Part shown: positions 56,926-64,000 of the stretch, one piece after another
Position numbering within the stretch: position 1 is the stretch's first letter
How the letters are laid out: each line of letters starts with the position of its first letter
Origin: Chara braunii
Lineage: Eukaryota; Plantae; Charophyceae
Direction: 5' to 3'
DNA length: 64,000 nucleotides
NCBI GenBank assembly: GCA_003427395.1
Contig: BFEA01000027.1
Span: 5,399,364 to 5,463,363 of the forward strand
Position numbers and translations under genes: made by a program
The notes under the pieces: model-generated
Database searches by the model: none
Told to the model about the DNA's origin: nothing
The model's input: only the letters and a program-made list of their open reading frames with translations

Positions 56926-59251
56926 CCTGTCGAGCGCATCGGCCCCCGCGCGAGCGAGGGCCCTCCCGGCCGCGTCACGCAGGAGAAACTTAGGCTTTCA
57001 ACTTTTTAGAGACAACTCGGGGACGACATGGTAACCCACGTCGACCCTTCGCCGCTCCGGCCGAGTGCGCCAGCTGTACATCCCGCGGTCCCCTACGACA
57101 GGACAGGTTCTCGCGGGGCACAACTTACCTTCCCTAAGGGGCGGTCACCACTCTTAGGGGCGTATCCCTACCGAGCTACCGACCCACATGCGAAAGCTTT
57201 TATAATGCAATTGCAGAGGTAGGTCGACCGAGGGCGTTTGCTCATTCGCTGTAGCATAGGTACACATGGTTAAACGCCAAGTGGACCCGAACGCCGCCCG
57301 TCCCTGGAGCGGTGATCTCCCAGGAATCGGAACGACGTCAGTCGACTAGGACGTAATATTCCAAGCGTAAGAAAACCTCAATCAATCCTAGTCCCTTCTT
57401 CCAAAGACAATCAAAAGTTAAACACCAAAAGAAGACTCATGCCAACGTAAGTTGACATATATTCTGAGATCAACTTATATATAATACAACCATGCATACC
57501 ACTCGCCCTGATCAATTTGACAAGGGTTGATTTGACTTTCATCCAACGACAAGACACATGAGTTGACTCGCCTTCGGACCTCACTTATCAACAAAAGGAC
57601 AAAGCATGACTTATACACGATGCGAAACTCAAATGACATCCGACCAAAGTATCTACACTCTACTTGTCAGACGGTTGGATTGTCACGACTTTTCCGACTC
57701 GATGAGATGCGTTGTCGAGTTCTTTCATTCCACCGCATGCGGACTACAAGCACGAATCCAGACAAATCCCAATACTCGATTAAAGCTAGGATGCCATCGC
57801 ACCAGTGATGACCATGCTCCTACCCTAACTTTGGTGTGAATGCCATCTGCAAATAACTCGACTACCACCTATACAAGTCATCGACCAACTCGAACAACTG
57901 ACACACTGATCACTTCGCCAAAGACAGGGTCCACCTTGCCTTTGGGAAACAATTACTCTTGTTGTTCTATGAATGATGACGTACCCGCCTCCGACACAAA
58001 GACATTCGAAGCAACACTTTAGTCGTTACCTTCTGTCAACTAGCCTGATGACCCCAGGCTTGCACTTCTTATGGTGCAAACCTATCCGAGAAGATGGTGC
58101 CTACATGCACTTCACTCATAACTAACGAAAACATGAATTGGGCTTCTTATGGCGTCAGTTCTCCATTCCTCTGTGGCTCCTAAGACGGCCACAAAGGGTA
58201 AACTATGACGGTCCTCCTTAGCGTAAGCCGACCATGACTTAACGTCTTCCGTGAATAGCGCATGTCCATCCCCTAGGAGGTGGTCTGGGATACCCCTCGT
58301 CCTCGCCTGAGTGAACCTCGGATCTCAGAAGTCGGGCCGGCTCCGCCACAACAGCATGGTATCCCCCCGCAGTGCGGTCCACTCCGAGTCGATCACAGGG
58401 CCGGCCCCTAAGGCAACGAACCCCCGCCTCAGATGCCTCCTAGGGAAAGGAAACGCCTCTACCACGGCAGACGATCAACCCCTTGCCGCCTGACGTCAAG
58501 GTGAACCTAGACGAAGAAGAAAATCACAAAGAAGAAAAGCATTCAGACAGACGGGCATAGACAAAGGTGGTAATTCGGGAAAGAATGGGTAACATCGGGA
58601 ACGATTCCATGTCCGACTAAGGTTTTTTTTTTTTTTTTTTTTTTTTGTGCGATCGTTCTTTTTATCGTCGTCAACTGATTTTCTCTCTTGTGACAAACAT
58701 GCAAACAAATGATAGAAGACAAACACCCTGTCCCCATTTTCATTGACATGGGCAATTTTGTTTTCAAGCTTTCTTCTACCTACCTGCACATCAGATCAAA
58801 CAACAAGTTCAAAGGAAAACAATGCAATTCACACTCACGTCAGACTTTCATTCACACACGCAAACACACATTTTCTCTACCTATCCAGTGAACATTCAAA
58901 GAATAGGGCCAAGCAAGTGTGGGTTCACACAGGAGTGTGAAGGGGTCTGAGTCAAACAACTGACCTTGAATGAAGTTAAAAAAAAACGGCCCACTCGAGA
59001 AGAATGTGTAAAATCACACTCCAGAGAAGAAAATCGTCACAATGAGTCGCCCGCAAAACGATCCACACTACTTTGTAGAACGATCGCTTGACGCGACACC
59101 CTCTCAACACCCAGTCATCTCCCAGTGATCTGACAGCGTCGCCGGTGCACACCCCCAATTTCACTGTGCCACTACGGCGTCGCACTCACACCACTTTCAA
59201 GCGCACCACCACTTCGCGCTACCTTCCCTGCGCTAATGCCCAGACGCCGCC

Positions 59252-59258
59252 TTATATA
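59252..59258 (-). promoter_or_regulatory. Candidate LTR TATA box (cTATATAAgg); alternative TATAAAA at ~59858-59865
   Basis: Motif within a GC-rich LTR segment in the element's sense orientation; motif evidence only. Confidence 0.35.
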
Positions 59259-61276
59259 GTCGGTGTAAAAATATTGCCACCTCTACCATGAGAAACTGGC
59301 AGCGCTACTGCACCACCGTCGTCAAACCCAATGCTGCTGCCGCAAATTTTCAGCAGCGCTTCCGCACTACCAGCGTCAAACCCGGCGTTGTTGCCGCAAA
59401 ATTTCAGCAGCGCTTTCACGCTACCATCTGAACGTGTTGCNNTCGTCGCAANGCGGCGCAGCATCACCCTTGTACCTCATAAAAAATGGCTNCCAACACC
59501 NCNTTGAACANGCAACANCTTCTCTGCTTTGCTACNAAAAATANATGCCGCCACCATGCCNGACGGGCAGNACCTTCCCTGCACCCCANTNTTCACCAAG
59601 GTNGTGGCTATGGCAGCCTCCACCTTCTCCTTTCACCCTTCCTNCANACCTCCAGCACCTCCTCCCTTCCTCCTCGCTGTGACGGCNGCTATGGCTGCAT
59701 TNTANANNTATGGCCACCTTCCCCTTCCTCCTGCAGTCCTCCTCCTCCGCCGCCAGCAGCTCCNCTCCGCCTCACTTNTCCGCAGCCAGCCAGCAATCTC
59801 ACAAGTGAGAGCCCANCANTNCTGCCAAGAATGCTTGGCTGCTGGGGCTGGAGGCTGTTTTTATAGCCAGAGAAGTGGCTGAGGCAGCCACTTTGCCTCA
59901 GCCAAAACTCGGATCTGAGCTCAGCCCATGATCTGCATCGCGATCAAGGGCTGAAACTTGATCTCTGGGTGGAGAAAACCACTCCCAGGCTCAGGTACCG
60001 CACCTAGTCTGTCATTCAAGACGGATTCGGCCTTAAATTGGCTGAATCCAACCATGTGCAGGAGCCTGTTCACTTCGAACAGGCATCTGCCTGTCCAATC
60101 CCACGGGGTGCGCACCTGTGCTGCACCCACAGCCAGGTGCACAACTTTTTCCCCCTTTCTTCTTCTTTTTTTTTTCTTTTTGAAAGGGGCAGCTCGTTTT
60201 TGAGCTGCCTCCTTTCACCAAGCCATTTCACAGTGTCGGACTAGAGTCAAGCTCAGAGGGGTCTCCCCCTCTTGCCCAACGCGCCCGTACCCGGACGCCC
60301 ACGGTGCCAGGTGCAGGCGACGCTCTGCAGCCTGTTCAGTAAGTGAACGGGCACAGAGCCAAATGGGCTGCTCGACTTGCATGACTTACCTGTTGGCTGT
60401 TGCCATCGTGAACCAACGGCCGCCAGGTAAGGTCACTCTCCCTCTCTTTCTCTCCCTCTCTGCGCGCCCGCATCTGGGCGCCATCAGCTCTTGGTTCGGG
60501 CAATGGTGGACAGTTGCTGCCTGTTTCTAAATACGAACGGGTGCAGCTGTCCACTGCTACGACGTTAGCGGGGGGGGCTAAGGAAAAGAGGGAAAAAAAA
60601 AACAATCTGAAAAAAAATCTAAGGAGTCTAAAAAATAAATAAATAAATAAAAGGGAAAAAACAGACCTACCTGCAAACGGTCTCCCGTTCAGAACGGGCA
60701 CCTTCAAGTGCACTGGGGACTTAAGTGGCCCAGTCACTTCCATTTACGCCATGTGGCGTTTTGATTCCCTCCCTTTTTTTTTTCTTTTTTTTTTTTGTGG
60801 CCTGTTCGTTGAAACGAACGGGCACCAGCTAGCAAGGAGGATTGGGTCATATGCCCGAATCTGGACGAAGTTATGGAGAAGTGCAGAAATCGAGATTGAA
60901 CTGTTTTTCTGCATCTCTGCATAAAACCCATCTAGATTCGGAAACTCGATCCTATCCTTTTTGCTGGTGGGACCTCGGCCCTAAGTAGTAGAAAGCAACG
61001 AGAGGGAGGGATCTAAAGAGAAAAGAAATTTAGAAAAGATCTAAAACAAAATCTATATATAAAAAAAAAACAAAAGAAAAAACTCACCTTGGAAACAGAA
61101 CGGGTGCCTGCAACACCCTTCGGAGACTATAAGTTCCCTGCCATTTCCCAGCGCTCCACATAGCCCTTCATTTTTTCAACCCCCCTTTTTTTTTTCTTTC
61201 TTTCTCCGTTGGCCTAAGCCAACTGTCACGTCACTCCCTGTGGCTTTTCAGCCATGTCTCATATGATGCAGATCCG

Positions 61277-61658
61277 TTTTTTTTTTTCTTTCTTATAGTA
61301 TTACGGGGAACCCCTATAGCAGCCACATCCGTGCCCAAGCCTCCAATGAAGGAACATGAGGGAGCTGCACCCACCAACAGGTGCGATACCAGCTACAGCA
61401 GGTGGGCGATACCAGCTAGGGGTCAGCCCGTAGCATCAGGACCGAGCCTATTGGCTGGGCCAGTCACCGTGTCTCCCCTTCGGTCCTCTCCCCCTATGAA
61501 CATCAGCAGTCTCTGCTCAATGCCACTCGGGGGGACCAACGACATATCTCTAGGTGGCGGGCACCAAGCTTGCCCAGGAAGGTACATGAGGCCAATGGGG
61601 ATTGAACCCAAAACTTATTGAATGCTACTTGCGTGCCTTACCAACTGAGGTAGGCCAC
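61277..61658 (-). mobile_element. tRNA-derived SINE nested in the 5' LTR
   Basis: Same position within the LTR as 47519-47901, with the same A/B boxes and tail. Confidence 0.7.
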
Positions 61659-62932
61659 TGGATCAGATCAAAGTTCAGTCGCAGTTATGGTCCAAAAAAA
61701 AAAACTCGAACCAGTTCTCGATTTGTGCGTGTCATCCTTGCACAGGGGTCATACTAGCTCCGCGCGGCTGATCTCAGCCACGAAATCTCATGATCGATCG
61801 GCCGAGTTCGGCCGCGCTCGAATGCCTTATGAAAATGCCAGCTCCAAAAGGAGCAACTCCTGTTTGTGAAGAGTTGTGCCCAGCAGTCCCCTCCAGCCTG
61901 TAGCACAGCAGGCCCCACCTGTCTGTCTTGTCTGCCGCTCCCTCGTGGATGGCTGCCCATCCACGGCTTAGGGGTCACCCAACGGGTAGGCCGCGACATC
62001 GACCTGCCGGCCCCCTCTGGCTCGAAGTCAACCCCCACGTCCCAGAAAAAAATAAAACTCCCTTTTCCCCCTGCGCCGCGGACCTATTTTAGGTAGACTA
62101 TGTCTAGCTCTAGTCTTTCCACAACCACGCACCCCTGCGGCCTTATCGAGAACCGCGGACGACCGGTCGTACTACCGACTCCAGCTGCTCCGAACAAACG
62201 TCGATGACGTCACATGTCAACGACGTCCTACGCCAACGACGTAAGGCTTTAGGTCCCTCAGTTATAGGTTTGGTCTGAATAAACTTTGGCAACGTCAATC
62301 TTATCATGTCTCCCAATCCAACAAAAAGTCGGACAGTGTCTGACCTTGAAAAACTCGGGCAGAAACCCTTACAGGGGTTTCTGTCCTGACAACGCCGTCG
62401 AGGGTATTTGGCCATGCTTTTGCAGTCGACACAGCGACGACATCGGCTACCAAGACGGGTCCGGTCCGAAGTTCAAGGCGTGTATGTTTTCGCGCGACAC
62501 TTTGAAAACGATTTCCTTAACCATTGAGGTCGGGACAGATCGGTGAGAAAATTTTGTTAAGTACGAGTGAGCGTTATTGACACGCTCGCTCTAATGATAA
62601 GAGTTGGTAGTAATACCCTTCGACCGAAGAGGTCGAGGGGTCGATTGGGTTAGTGTTATATAAGGTAAAACTACGACACATGCTGAGACTTAATCGTCAG
62701 TATATTCGTCAGGATAGATAAATATACGCCCCGGCCATACGACCGGAATAATTATTAGTGTGTGATCATCAAGTTTGTGGCACCCCCCGGATTGCTAGCC
62801 TTGCTCGAGCGGTACCTCTATCCTTACTTATATGTCGTGAGTGAGGGTGAGGCTCAAGCTCAACCCCATATGTAAAGAGGGAGTTGCCTTTTGGGGGGCG
62901 ACTTCCTGACCACGTGGCCACCAAAAACTGCC

Positions 62933-63229
62933 ATTTCGTCAAAATGGACTTTTTTTTTTTTTTAATGAAATTAAAACTAAGTTTTTTGTGTGAAAACTCG
63001 TCAAAATTTGTTGCCCCTGAGGGTCTACATGGACTTAGCTTGAGACCAGGTACCTCCAGGAAGTCCTGCTTGAAGGTGCTTGGTCTCAAGCTAGGTCCAT
63101 GTACAGCTGAAGGGTCCAGCATTTGTAAAATGCTGGACCCTCAGGGACAACAAATTTTAACGAGTTTTCAGACAAAAAACTCAGTTTTAATTTCGTTCAA
63201 AAAATAAAAAATGTCCATTTTGACGAAAT
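62933..63229. mobile_element. Foldback/MITE with ~95-bp inverted arms and two internal hairpins
   Basis: atttcgtcaaaatggac...cctgagggtc pairs with gaccctcaggg...gtccattttgacgaaat. Inner hairpins: tacatggacttagcttgagacca/tggtctcaagctaggtccatgta and agggtccagcattt/aaatgctggaccct. Confidence 0.75.
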
Positions 63230-64000
63230 AGTCGTTCAAAGCTATCGGTGTCTCTGTCCCTTTTGAAGGGGAACATCATTGTGGATTTTGATATCTCTCA
63301 CACATACCTTATACGAAGGTTGCTTGAACTGGTACCCGCCTATCTACCACTATGGGGCCTCTAAAAATGTCAACTCTTGTCTTCTTCTGCTAGGCCTCGA
63401 GTACGTGGCACATCTACCTCTACTTGGTGTGGTACTGACCGACCTGCTAGTTCAGTGTTTTCTGTTGCCATCAAGTGTCGCGGGTCTCCTCCGCCACCAC
63501 TTGAGTGTTTCCCTGCCGCAACCCTCAATGTCAGGACCACAGATAAGTACCGGCCCTTCGTGCCTTCCGAGCAACCAAGTGCCCTTGCTTGGTGCACTAG
63601 GCAGATTGAGCCCCTCCTCTACATATATCGAAGTTGCTTCTCTTCTATCCGAAGTAAGGGCAAGCCCGGTACATTTCGATGTGGGTTGAAGATCAGAGAA
63701 CTCAGGGATTGAGTTCATCCGATCTCTGGGCTAGCTCCTTTTACTAGGGAGTTCAGCTACATCCCTATGAGGGCCGTTATTTCAGGCTGCATCCGGTAGG
63801 TGGGACTCGAACCCGCGTCCTGGCAATTAGAATAGAGTAGTTGGTAGTTATAGTTAGATCTTTCTAAGACCCCATCGAAGTACTGGTACGACAAGTGGAA
63901 CAACTGGATAGTTGACAGTTATATTTCTTTCTTTATTTTATTTTATTTTATTCCATAGTTATTTAATAGTTTTATTTTAATAGATCTGTCGTGGAATCAA

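Larger units (their letters stand above)
43075..62391 (-). mobile_element. Full-length but decayed Ty3/Gypsy LTR retrotransposon, 19.3 kb, no chromodomain seen
   Basis: Two ~5.5-kb LTRs with TG...CA ends, PBS, PPT, and domain order gag-PR-RT-RH-INT. Confidence 0.95.
56928..62391 (-). repeat. 5' LTR (5464 bp)
   Basis: tgtcgagcgc...gtcctgaca; adjacent to the PBS. Confidence 0.95.

Noticed and set aside
62694-62712. Two CTGACGA motifs on the minus strand as possible hammerhead cores
   Set aside because: No GAAA partner or stem II at the required spacing.

Overview
Repeat-rich eukaryotic nuclear DNA from the green-plant lineage. The intron-rich plant-type RPL10, tRNA-Asp PBS and retroelement types suggest a charophyte alga such as Chara, but this is inference. 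The only intact host gene I can support is 60S ribosomal protein L10 (uL16/RPL10) on the minus strand: 8 coding exons, 29491-35703, 223 aa, including 10-nt and 13-nt micro-exons. The right third is a 19.3-kb decayed Ty3/Gypsy LTR retrotransposon (43075-62391, minus) with ~5.5-kb mosaic LTRs, a tRNA-Asp PBS and a PPT. It has an in-phase U-UUU-UUA slippery site between protease and RT. It sits against, and probably inside, a decayed Penelope-like retroelement (PLE). A second PLE (~10.0-15.5 kb, minus) has a GIY-YIG-like region upstream of RT, a separate upstream ORF (zinc knuckle, coiled coil, SAP-like motif) and a minimal hammerhead ribozyme in its 5' region. A second, CpG-decayed hammerhead lies at 19.15 kb in a coding-free unit. 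The rest consists of hAT-type non-autonomous elements, foldback MITEs, a tRNA-derived SINE family, microsatellites, a LAGLIDADG homing-endonuclease remnant and N gaps.
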